Shown: positions 1 to 12,974 of the stretch, one piece after another | Layout: each line of letters starts with the position of its first letter | Position numbering within the stretch: position 1 is the stretch's first letter | From: Octopus sinensis | Taxonomy: Eukaryota | Assembly: GCF_006345805.1 (NCBI RefSeq) | Contig: NW_021824783.1 | Span: forward strand, 1 to 20,943 | Length of the DNA: 20,943 bases | Direction: 5' to 3' | Notes under the pieces: model-generated | Told to the model about the DNA's origin: nothing | Database searches by the model: none | Seen by the model: only the letters and a program-made list of their open reading frames with translations | Position numbers and translations under genes: made by a program

Positions 1-1827
1 CTCGAAATTGCATAATATATTACTAAATTCATAAATAATCTCAACTAAACCCCCGATATGCTAAAATCTAGGGACTTTTCTCTATTGCATAAGATATTAC
101 GTGAATTCATTACTTAATCTCAAGTACCTCCTTATAGTCATATCTAGATATGTCCCGAAATTGCATAATATATTACGAAATTCATTAAAATATCTCAGTA
201 CCCGGATATGTTAAAATCTAGGGACCTTCTCTTATTGCATAATATATTACGTAATTCATTACATAATCAAGTACCTCCATATAGTCATATCTAGAGATGT
301 GCCGAATTGCAGAATATATTACTAAATTCATTAATAATCTCAACTACCCGATATGCTAAATCTAGGGACTTTCTCTTATGCATAATATTACGTGAATTCA
401 TTACTAATTTCAAGTACCTCCTTATAGTCATATCTAGATATGTCCCGAATTGCATAATATATTACGAAATCATTAAAATATCTCAAGTACCCGGATATGC
501 TAAAATCTAGGGACCTTCTCTTATTGCATAATTATTACGTAATTCATTACATAATCTCAAGTACCTCAATATACTTACATCTAGGGATGTCCCCAAATTG
601 TATAATATATTACGTAATTCGTTACATAATCTTAATTGCATAATATATTACGAAATTCATTAAATAATCTCAAGTACCTCCATATAGTCATATCTAGAGA
701 TGTCTCGAAATTGCATAATATGTTACGTAATTCATTACGTAATCTTAATTGCATAATATATTACGAAATTCATTAAATAATCTCAAGTACACGGATATGC
801 TAAAATCTAGTGACCTTCTCTTATTGCATAATATAATACGTAATTCATTACATAATCTCAAGTACCAGATATCCTAACATCTAGGAACATTCCCAAATTG
901 CATAATATATTACGTAATTATTGATAATCTCAAGTACCTCAATTACTTACATCTAGGGATGTCCACAATTGCATAATATATTACAAATTCATTACCATAA
1001 TCTCATTGCATAATATATTACGAAATTCATTAAATAATCTCAAGTACCCGGATATGCTAAAATCTAGGGACCATCTCATATTGCATAACCTAATTAATTA
1101 CATCATCTCAAGTACCTAAATATAGTAATATCTAGAGATGTCCCGAAATTGCATAATATATTACGTAATTCATTACCTAATCTTAATTGCATAATATATT
1201 ACGTAATTCATTACATAATCTCGAGTACCCGGATATGCTAAAATCTAGGGACCTTCTCTTATTGCATAATATATTGCGTAATACATTACATAATCTCAAG
1301 TACCTCATAAAATTATCTCAAGTACATCCATATAGTCATATCTAGAGATGTGCCGAAATTGCATAATATATTACGAAATTCATTAAAATATCTCAAGTAC
1401 CCGGATATGTTAAAATCTAGGGACCTTCTCTTATTGCATAATATATTACGTAATTAATTACATAATCTCAACTACCTCCATATAGTTATATCTAGGGATG
1501 TCCCCAAATTGCATAATATATTACGTAATTCATTAAATAATCTCAATTGCATAATATATTACGTAATTCATTAAATAATCTCAATTGCATAATATATTAC
1601 GAAATTCATTAAATAATCTCAAGTACCTCCATATAGTCATATCTAAATATATTACGTAATTCATTACATAATCTCAAGTACCTCAATATACTTACATCTA
1701 GGGATGTCCCTAAATTGCATAATATATTACGTAATTCATTACATAATCTTAATTGCATAATATATTACGAAATTCATTAAATAATCTTAAGTACCCGGAT
1801 ATGCTAAAATCTAGGGACCATCTCATA

Positions 1828-4800
1828 TTGCATAACCTAATTAATTACATCATCTCAAGTACCTAAATATAGTAATATCTAGAGATGTCCCGAAATTGCA
1901 TAATATATTACGTAATTCATTACCTAATCTTAATTGCATAATATATTACGTAATTCATTACATAATCTCGAGTACCCGGATATGCTAAAATCTAGGGACC
2001 TTCTCTTATTGCATAATATATTGCGTAATTCATTACATAATCTCAAGTACCTCCATATAGTCATGTCTAGAGATGTGCCGAAATTGCATAATATATTACG
2101 AAATTCATTAAAATATCTCAAGTACCCGGATATGTTAAAATCTAGGGTCCTTCTCTTATTGCATAATATTACGTAATCTTACATAATCTCAAGTACCTTC
2201 ATATAGTCATATCTAGAGATGTGCTGAAATTGCAGAATATATTACTAATTCATTAAATAATCTCAACTACCCGGATTGCTAAAATCTAGGGACTTTCTCT
2301 TATTGCATAAGATATTACGTGAATTCATTACTTAATCTCAAGTACCTCCTTATAGTCATATCTAGATATGTCCCGAAATTGCATAATATATTACGAAATT
2401 CATTAAAATATCTCAAGTACCCGGATATGCTAAAATCTAGGGAGCTTCTCTTATTGCATAATATATTACGTAATTCATTACATAATCTCAAGTACCTCAA
2501 TACACTTACATCTAGGGATGTCCTTAAATTGCATAATATATTACGTAATTCATTAAATAATCTCAATTGCATAATATATTACGTAATTCATTAAATAATC
2601 TCAATTGCATAATATATTACGAAATTCATTAAATAATCTCAAGTACCTCCATATAGTCATATCTAAATATATTACGTAATTCATTACATAATCTATTACG
2701 AAATTCATAAAATTATCTCAAGTACCTCCATATAGTCATATCTAGAGATGTGCCGAAATTGCAGAATATATTACTAAATTCATTAAATAATCTCAACTAC
2801 CCGGATATGCTAAAATCTAGGGACTTTCTCTTATTGCATAATATATTACGTGAATTCATTACTTAATCTCAAGTACCTCCTTATAGTCATATCTAGATAT
2901 GTCCCGAAATTGCATAATATATTACGAAATTCATTAAAATATCTCAAGTACCCGCTATGTTAAAATCTAGGGACCTTCTCTTATTGCATAATATATTACG
3001 TAATTCATTACATAATCTCAAGTACCTCCATATAGTCATATCTAGAGATGTGCCGAAATTGCAGAATATATTACTAAATTCATTAAATAATCTCAACTAC
3101 CCGGATATGCTAAAATCTAGGGACTTTCTCTTATTGCATAATATATTACGTGAATTCATTACTTAATCTCAAGTACCTCCTTATAGTCATATCTAGATAT
3201 GTCCCGAAATTGCATAATATATTACGAAATTCATTAAAATATCTCAAGTACCCGGATATGCTAAAATCTAGGGACCTTCTCTTATTGCATAATATATTAC
3301 GTAATTCATTACATAATCTCAAGTACCTCAATATACTTACATCTAGGGATGTCCCCAAATTGTATAATATATTACGTAATTCGTTACATAATCTTAATTG
3401 CATAATATATTACGAAATTCATTAAATAATCTCAAGTACCTCCATATAGTCATATCTAGAGATGTCTCGAAATTGCATAATATATTACTAAATTCATTAA
3501 ATCTCAACTACCCGATATGCTAAAATCTAGGGACTTTCTCTTATTGCATAATATATTACGTGAATTCATTACTTAATCTCAAGTACCTCCTTATAGTCAT
3601 ATCTAGATATGTCCCGAAATTGCATAATATATTACGAAATTCATTAAAATATCTCAAGTACCCGGATATGTTAAAATCTAGGGACCTTCTCTTATTGCAT
3701 AATATATTACGTAATTCATTACATAATCTCAAGTACCTCCATATAGTCATATCTAGAGATGTGCCGAAATTGCAGAATATATTACTAAATTCATTAAATA
3801 ATCTCAACTACCCGGATATGCTAAAATCTAGGGACTTTCTCTTATTGCATAATATATTACGTGAATTCATTACTTAATCTCAAGTACCTCCTTATAGTCA
3901 TATCTAGATATGTCCCGAAATTGCATAATATATTACGAAATTCATTAAAATATCTCAAGTACCCGGATATGCTAAAATCTAGGGACCTTCTCTTATTGCA
4001 TAATATATTACGTAATTCATTACATAATCTCAAGTACCTCAATATACTTACATCTAGGGATGTCCCCAAATTGTATAATATATTACGTAATTCGTTACAT
4101 AATCTTAATTGCATAATATATTACGAAATTCATTAAATAATCTCAAGTACCTCCATATAGTCATATCTAGAGATGTCTCGAAATTGCATAATATGTTACG
4201 TATTCATTCCGAAATCTTAATTGCATAATATATTACGAGTTCATAAATAATCCAAGTACACGGTAATGCTAAAATCTAGTGCTTCTCTTATTGCATAATA
4301 TAATACGTAATTCATTACATAATCTCAAGTACCAGATATCCTAACATCTAGAACATTCTCCAAATTGGCATAATATATTACGTAATTTATTGATAATCTC
4401 AAGTACCTCAATATACTTACATCTAGGGATGTCCACAAATTGCATAATATATTACGAAATTCATTACATAATCTCAATTGCATAATATATTACGAAATTC
4501 ATTAAATAATCTCAAGTACCCGGATATGCTAAAATCTAGGGACCATCTCATATTGCATAACCTAATTAATTACATCATCTCAAGTACCTAAATATAGTAA
4601 TATCTAGAGATGTCCCGAAATTGCATAATATATTACGTAATTCATTACCTAATCTTAATTGCATAATATATTACGTAATTCATTACATAATCTCGAGTAC
4701 CCGGATATGCTAAAATCTAGGGACCTTCTCTTATTGCATAATATATTGCGTAATTCATTACATAATCTCAAGTACCTCCATATAGTCATGTCTAGAGATG

Positions 4801-6919
4801 TGCCGAAATTGCATAATATATTACGAAATTCATTAAAATATCTCAAGTACCCGGATATGTTAAAATCTAGGGTCCTTCTCTTATTGCATAATATATTACG
4901 TAATTCATTACATAATCTCAAGTACCTTCATATAGTCATATCTAGAGATGTGCTGAAATTGCAGAATATATTACTAAATTCATTAAATAATCTCAACTAC
5001 CCGGATATGCTAAAATCTAGGGACTTTCTCTTATTGCATAAGATATTACGTGAATTCATTACTTAATCTCAAGTACCTCCTTATAGTCATATCTAGATAT
5101 GTCCCGAAATTGCATAATATATTACGAAATTCATTAAAATATCTCAAGTACCCGGATATGCTAAAATCTAGGGAGCTTCTCTTATTGCATAATATATTAC
5201 GTAATTCATTACATAATCTCAAGTACCTCAATACACTTACATCTAGGGATGTCCTTAAATTGCATAATATATTACGTAATTCATTAAATAATCTCAATTG
5301 CATAATATATTACGTAATTCATTAAATATCTCAATTGCATAATATTTACGAAATTCATTAATAATCTCAAGTACCTCCATATAGTCATATCTAATATATT
5401 ACGTAATTCATTACATAATCTATTACGAAATTCATAAAATTATCTCATTACCCCTCCATATAAGTCATATCTAGAGATGTGCCGAAATTTGCAGAATATA
5501 TTACTAATTCATTAAATAATCTCACTACCCTACCGGATATGCTAAAATCTAGGGACTTTCTCTTATTGCATAATATATTACGTGAATTCATTACTTAATC
5601 TCAAGTACCTCCTTATAGTATATCTAGATATGTCCCGAAATTGCATAATTATTACGAAATTCATTAAAATATCTCAAGTACCTACCCGGATATGTTAAAA
5701 TCTAGGACCTTCTCTTATTGCATAATATATTACGTAATTCATTACATAATCTCAAGTACCCCTCCATATAGTCCATATCTAGAGATGTGCCGAAATTGCA
5801 GAATATATTACTAAATTCATTAAATAATCTCAACTACCCGATATGCTAAATCTAGGGACTTTCTCTTATTGCATAATATATTACGTGAATTCATTACTTA
5901 ATCTCAAGTCCCTCCTTATGTCATATCTATATATGTCCCGAATTGCATAATATATTTACGAAATTCATTAAAATATCTCAAATACCCGGATATGCTAAAC
6001 ATCTATGGGGACCTTCTCTTATTGCATAATATATTACGTAATTCATTACATATCTCAAGTACCTCAATATACTTACATCTAGGGATGTCCCCAAATTGTA
6101 TAATATATTACGTAATTCGTTACATAATCTTAATTGCATAATATATTACGAAATTCATTAAATAATCTCAAGTACCTCCATATAGTCATATCTAGAGATG
6201 TCTCGAAATTGCATAATATATTACTAAATTCATTAAATAATCTCAACTACCCGGATATGCTAAAATCTAGGGACTTTCTCTTATTGCATAATTATTACGT
6301 GAATCATTACTTAATCTCAAGTACCTCCTTATATCATATCTATATATGTCCCGAAATTGCATAATATATTACGAAATTCATTAAAATATCTCAAGTACGG
6401 ATATGTTAAAATCTAGGGACCTCTCTTATTGCATAATATTATTACGTAATTCATTACATAATCTCAAGTACCTCCAGATATTTCATATCTAGAGATGTGC
6501 CGAAATTGCAGATATATTACGAAATTCATTAAATAATCTCAACTACCCGGATATGCTAAAATCTAGGGACTTTCTCTTATTGCATAATATATACGTCGTG
6601 AATTCATTACTTAATTTCAAGTACCATCCTTATAGTCATACTAGATATGTCCCGAATTGCATAATATATTACGAAATTCATTAAAATATCTCAAGTACCC
6701 GGATATGCTAAAATCTAGGGACCTTCTCTTATTGGCATAATATATTACGTAATTCATTACATATCTCAAGTACCTCAATATACTTACATCTAGGGATGGT
6801 CCCCAATTGTATAATATATTACGTAATTCGTTACATAATCTTAATTGGCATAATATATTACGAAATTCATTAAATAATCTTAAGTACCCGGATATGCTAA
6901 ATCTAGGGACCATCTCATA
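1828..6919 (+). repeat. ~2.73-kb higher-order repeat: one full copy plus a ~2.37-kb shortened copy
   Basis: A rare 29-bp deleted core TTGCATAACCTAATTAATTACATCATCTC sits at 1081, 1828, 4553 and 6920. ORF-track peptides 2319/5050 and 2315/5046 are identical at offset 2731. A truncated-A junction occurs at 2641 and 5369. Confidence 0.88.
2759..4183 (+). repeat. Two tandem copies of a ~715-bp higher-order repeat (10 modules: B,A,B,A,B,A,B,C,short,A)
   Basis: Copies are 2759-3472 and 3473-4183. Identical ORF-track peptides are offset by 711 (3150/3861; 3146/3857). Further copies at 8-710, ~5489-6208 and ~6209-6870 (partial). Confidence 0.9.
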
Positions 6920-9900
6920 TTGCATAACCTAATTAATTACATCATCTCAAGTACCTAAATATAGTAATATCTAGAGATGTCCCGATTGCATAATATATTA
7001 CGTAATTCATTACCTAATCTTAATTACATAATATATTACGTAATTCATTACATAATCTCGAGTACCCGGATATGCTAAATCTAGGGACCTTCTCTTATTG
7101 CATAATATATTGCGTAATTCATTACATAAGCTCAAGTACCTCCATATAGCTAGTCTGTCTAGAGATGTGCCGAAATTGCATAATAATTACGAAATTCATT
7201 AAAATATCTCAAGTACCCGGATATGTTAAAATCTAGGGTCCTTCTCTTATTGCATAATATATTACGTAATTCATTACATAATCTCAAGTACCTGCATATA
7301 GTCATATCTAGAGATGTGCCGAAATTGCATAATATATTACTAATTTCATTAAATAATCTCAACTACCCGGATATGCTAAATCTAGGGAACTTCTCTTTTG
7401 CATAATATATTGCGTAATTCATTACATAATCTCAAGTACCTCCATATAGTCATATCTAGAGATGTGCCGAAATGCATATATTACGAAATTCATTAAAATA
7501 TCTCAAGTACCCGGATATGTTAAAATCTAGGGACCTTCTCTTATTGCATAATATATTACGTAATTCATTACATAATCTCAAGTACCTCCATATAGTCATA
7601 TCTAGAGATGTGCCGAAATTGCAGAATATATTACTAAATTCATTAAATAATCTCAACTACCCGAATATGCTAAAATCTAGGGAACTTCTCTTATTGCATA
7701 ATATATTGCGTAATTCATTACATAATCTCAAGTACCTCCATATAGTCATGTCTAGAGATGTGCCGAAATTGCATAATATATTACGAAATTCATTAAAATA
7801 TCTCAAGTACCCGGATATGTTAAAATCTAGGGACCTTCTCTTATTGCATAATATATTACGTAATTCATTACATAATCTCAAGTACCTCCATATAGTCATA
7901 TCTAGAGATGTGCCGAAATTGCAGAATATATTACTAAATTCATTAAATAATCTCAACTACCCGGATATGCTAAAATCTAGGGACTTTCTCTTATTGCATA
8001 ATATATTACGTGAATTCATTAAATTATCTCAAGTACCTCCATATAGTCATATCTAGAGATGTCTCGAAATTGCATAATATGTTACGTAATTCATTACGTA
8101 ATCTTAATTGCATAATATATTACGAAATTCATTAAATAATCTCAAGTACCCGGATATGTTAAAATCTAGGGACCTTTTCTTATTGCATAATATATTACGT
8201 AATTCATTACATAATCTCAACTACCTCCATATAGTCATATCTAGGGATGTCCCCAAATTGCATAATATATTACGTATTCATTAAATAATCTCAATTGCAT
8301 AATATATTACGTAATTCATTAAATAATCTCAATTGCATAATATATTACGAAATTCATTAAATAATCTCAAGTACACGGATATGCTAAAATCTAGTGACCT
8401 TCTCTTATTGCATATATAATACGTAATTCATTACATAATCTCAAGTACCAGATATCCTAACATCTAGGAACATTCCCAATTGCATAATATATTACGTAAT
8501 TTTATGATAATCTCAAGTACCTCAATATACTTACATCTAGGGATGTCCCCAAATTGCATAATATATTACGTAATTCGTTACATAATCTTAATTGCATAAT
8601 ATATTACGAAATTCATTGAATAATCTCAAGTACCTCCATATAGTCATATCTAGAGATGTCTCGAAATTGCATAATATGTTACGTAATTCATTACGTAATC
8701 TTAATTGCATAATATATTACGAAATTCATTAAATAATCTCAAGTACCCGGATATGTTAAAATCTAGGGACCTTTTCTTATTGCATAATATATACGTAATT
8801 CATTACCTAATCTTAATTGCATATATATTACGTAATTCATTAAAATATCTCAAGTACCCGGATAATGTTAAAATCTAGGGACCTTCTCTTATTGCATAAT
8901 ATATTACGTGAATTCATTACTTAATCTCAAGTACATCCATATAGTCATATCTAGAGATGTGCCGAAATTGCAGAATATATTACTAAATTCATTAAATAAT
9001 CTCACTACCCGGATATGCTAAAATCTAGGGACTTTCTCTTATTGCATAATATATTACGTGAATTCATTACTAATCTCAAGTACCTCCTTATAATAGTCAT
9101 ATCTAGATATGTCCCGAAATTGCATAATATATTACGAAATTCATTAAAATATCTCAACTACCCGGATATGCTAAAATCTAGGGACCTTCTCTTATTGCAT
9201 AATATATTACGTGAATTCATTACTTAATCTCAAGTACCTCCTTATAGTCATATCTAGATATGTCCCGAAATTGCATAATATATTACGAAATTCATTAAAA
9301 TATCTCAACTACCCGGATATGCTAAAATCTAGGGACTTTCTCTTATTGCATAATATATTACGTGAATTCATTACTTAATCTCAAGTACCTCCATATAGTC
9401 ATATCTAGAGATGTGCCGAAATTGCATAATATATTACTAAATTCATTAAATAATCTCAACTACCCGGATATGCTAAAATCTAGGGAACTTCTCTTATTGC
9501 ATAATATATTGCGTAATTCATTACATAATCTCAAGTACCTCCATATAGTCATATCTAGAGATGTGCCGAAATTGCATAATATATTACTAAATTCATTAAA
9601 TAATCTCAACTACCCGGATATGCTAAAATCTAGGGAACTTCTCTTATTGCATAATATATTGCGTAATTCATTACATAATCTCAAGTACCTCCATATAGTC
9701 ATATCTAGAGATGTGCCGAAATTGCAGAATATATTACTAAATTCATTAAATAATCTCAACTACCCGGATATGCTAAAATCTAGGGACCTTCTCTTATTGC
9801 ATAATATATTACGTAATTCATTACATAATCTCAAGTACCTCCATATAGTCATATCTAGAGATGTGCCGAAATTGCATAATATATTACGAAATTCATTAAA

Positions 9901-12900
9901 ATATCTCAAGTACCCGGATATGTTAAAATCTAGGGACCTTCTCTTATTGCATAATATATTACGTAATTCATTACATAATCTCAAGTACCTCCATATAGTC
10001 ATATCTAGAGATGTGCCGAAATTGCAGAATATATTACGAAATTCATTAAATATCTCAAGTACCCGGATATGCTAAAATCCTAGGGACCTTCTCTTATTGC
10101 ATAATATATTACGTAATTCATTACATAATCTCAAGTACCTCAATATAGTCATATCTAGAGATGTGCCGAAATGCGAATATATTATAAATTCATTAAATAT
10201 CTCAACTACCCGGATATGCTAAAATCTAGGGACTTTCTCTTATTGCATAATATATTACGTGAATTCATTAAATTATCTCAAGTACCTCCATATAGTCATA
10301 TCTAGAGATGTCTCGAAATTGCATAATATGTTACGTAATTCATTACGTAATCTTAATTGCATAATATATTACGAAATTCATTAAATAATCTCAAGTACCC
10401 GGATATGTTAAAATCTAGGGACCTTCTCTTATTGCATAATATATTACGTAATTCATTACATAATCTCAACTACCTCCATATAGTCATATCTAGGATGTCC
10501 CAAATTGCATAATATATTACTAAATTCATTAAATAATCTCAATTTCATAATATTTACGTATTCATAAATAACTCAATTTGCATAATATATTACGAAATTC
10601 ATTAAATAATCTCAAGTACACGGATATCTAAAATCTAGTGACCTTCTCTTATTGCATAATATATACGTAATTCATTACATATCTCAAGTACCAGATATCC
10701 TAACATCTAGGACATTCCCAAATTGCATAATATATTACGTAATTTATTGATAATCTCAAGTACCTCAATATACTTACTCTAGGGATGTCCACAAATTGCA
10801 TAATATATTACGAAATTCATTAGATAATCTCAATTGCATAATATATTACGAAATTCATAAAATTATCTCAAGTACCTCCATATAGTCATATCTAGAGATG
10901 TCTCGAAATTGCATAATATGTTACGTAATTCATTACGTAATCTTAATTGCATAATATATTACGAAATTCATTAAATAATCTCAAGTACCCGGATATGTTA
11001 AAATCTAGGGACCTTTTCTTATTGCATAATATATTACGTAATTCATTACATAATCTCAACTACCTCCATATAGTCATATCTAGGGATGTCCCCAAATTGC
11101 ATAATATATTACGTAATTCATTAAATAATCTCAATTGCATAATATATTACGTAATTCTTAATAATCTCAAATTGCATAATATATTACGAATTCATTAATT
11201 AATCTCAATTACACGGATATGCTAAAATCTAGGGACCTTCTCTTATTGCATAATATATTGCGTAATTCATTACATAATCTCAAGTACCTCCATATAGTCA
11301 TGTCTAGAGATGTGCCGAAATTGCATAATATATTACGAAATTCATTAAAATATCTCAAGTACCCGGATATGTTAAAATCTAGGGACCTTCTCTTATTGCA
11401 TAATATATTACGTAATTCATTACATAATCTCAAGTACCTCCATATAGTCATATCTAGAGATGTGCCGAAATTGCAGAATATATTACTAAATTCATTAAAT
11501 AATCTCAACTACCCGGATATGCTAAAATCTAGGGACTTTCTCTTATTGCATAATATATTACGTGAATTCATTAAATTATCTCAGTACCACCTCCATATAG
11601 TCATATCTAGAGATGTCTCGAAATTGCATAATATGTTACGTAATTCATTACGTAATCTTAATTGCATAATATATTACGAAATTCATTAAATAATCTCAAG
11701 TACCCGGATATGTTAAAATCTAGGGACCTTTTCTTATTGCATATATATTACGTAATTCATTACATAATCTCACTATCCATATAGTCATATCTAGGGATGT
11801 CCCCAAATTGCATAATATATTACGTAATTCATTAAATAATCTCAATTGCATAATATATTACGTAATTCATTAAATAATCTCAATTGCATAATATATTACG
11901 AAATTCATTAAATAATCTCAAGTACACGGATATGCTAAAATCTAGTGACCTTCTCTTATTGCATAATATAATACGTAATTCATTACATAATCTCAAGTAC
12001 CAGATATCCTAACATCTAGGAACATTCCCAAATTGCATAATATATTACGTAATTTATTGATAATCTCAAGTACCTCAATATACTTACATCTAGGGATGTC
12101 CCCAAATTGCATAATATATTACGTAATTCGTTATATAATCTTAATTGCATAATATATTACGAAATTCATTAAATAATCTCAAGTACCTCCATATAGTCAT
12201 ATCTAGAGATGTCTCGAAATTGCATAATATGTTACGTAATTCATTACGTAATCTTAATTGCATAATATATTACGAAATTCATTAAATAATCTCAAGTACA
12301 CGGATATGTTAAAATCTAGGGACCTTCTCTTATTGCATAATATATTACGTAATTCATTACCTAATCTTAATTGCATAATATATTACGTAATTCATTAAAA
12401 TATCTCAAGTACCCGGATATGTTAAAATCTAGGGACCTTCTCTTATTGCATAATATATTACGTGAATTCATTACTTAATCTCAAGTACATCCATATAGTC
12501 ATATCTAGAGATGTGCCGAAATTGCAGAATATATTACTAAATTCATTAAATAATCTCAACTACCCGGATATGCTAAAATCTAGGGACTTTCTCTTATTGC
12601 ATAATATATTACGTGAATTCATTACTTAATCTCAAGTACCTCCTTATAGTCATATCTAGATATGTCCCGAAATTGCATAATATATTACGAAATTCATTAA
12701 AATATCTCAACTACCCGGATATGCTAAAATCTAGGGACCTTCTCTTATTGCATAATATATTACGTGAATTCATTACTTAATCTCAAGTACCTCCATATAG
12801 TCATATCTAGATATGTCCCGAAATTGCATAATATATTACGAAATTCATTAAAATATCTCAACTACCCGGATATGCTAAAATCTAGGGACTTTCTCTTATT

Positions 12901-12974
12901 GCATAATATATTACGTGAATTCATTACTTAATCTCAAGTACCTCCATATAGTCATATCTAGAGATGTGCCGAAA

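Noticed and set aside
599-640. Fungal RIP or CpG-deamination signature (several CpA to TpA alleles such as TTGTATAAT, CTTAATT)
   Set aside because: CpA and CpG remain abundant and intact in almost all copies. The few C-to-T alleles are shared by descent, not scattered.
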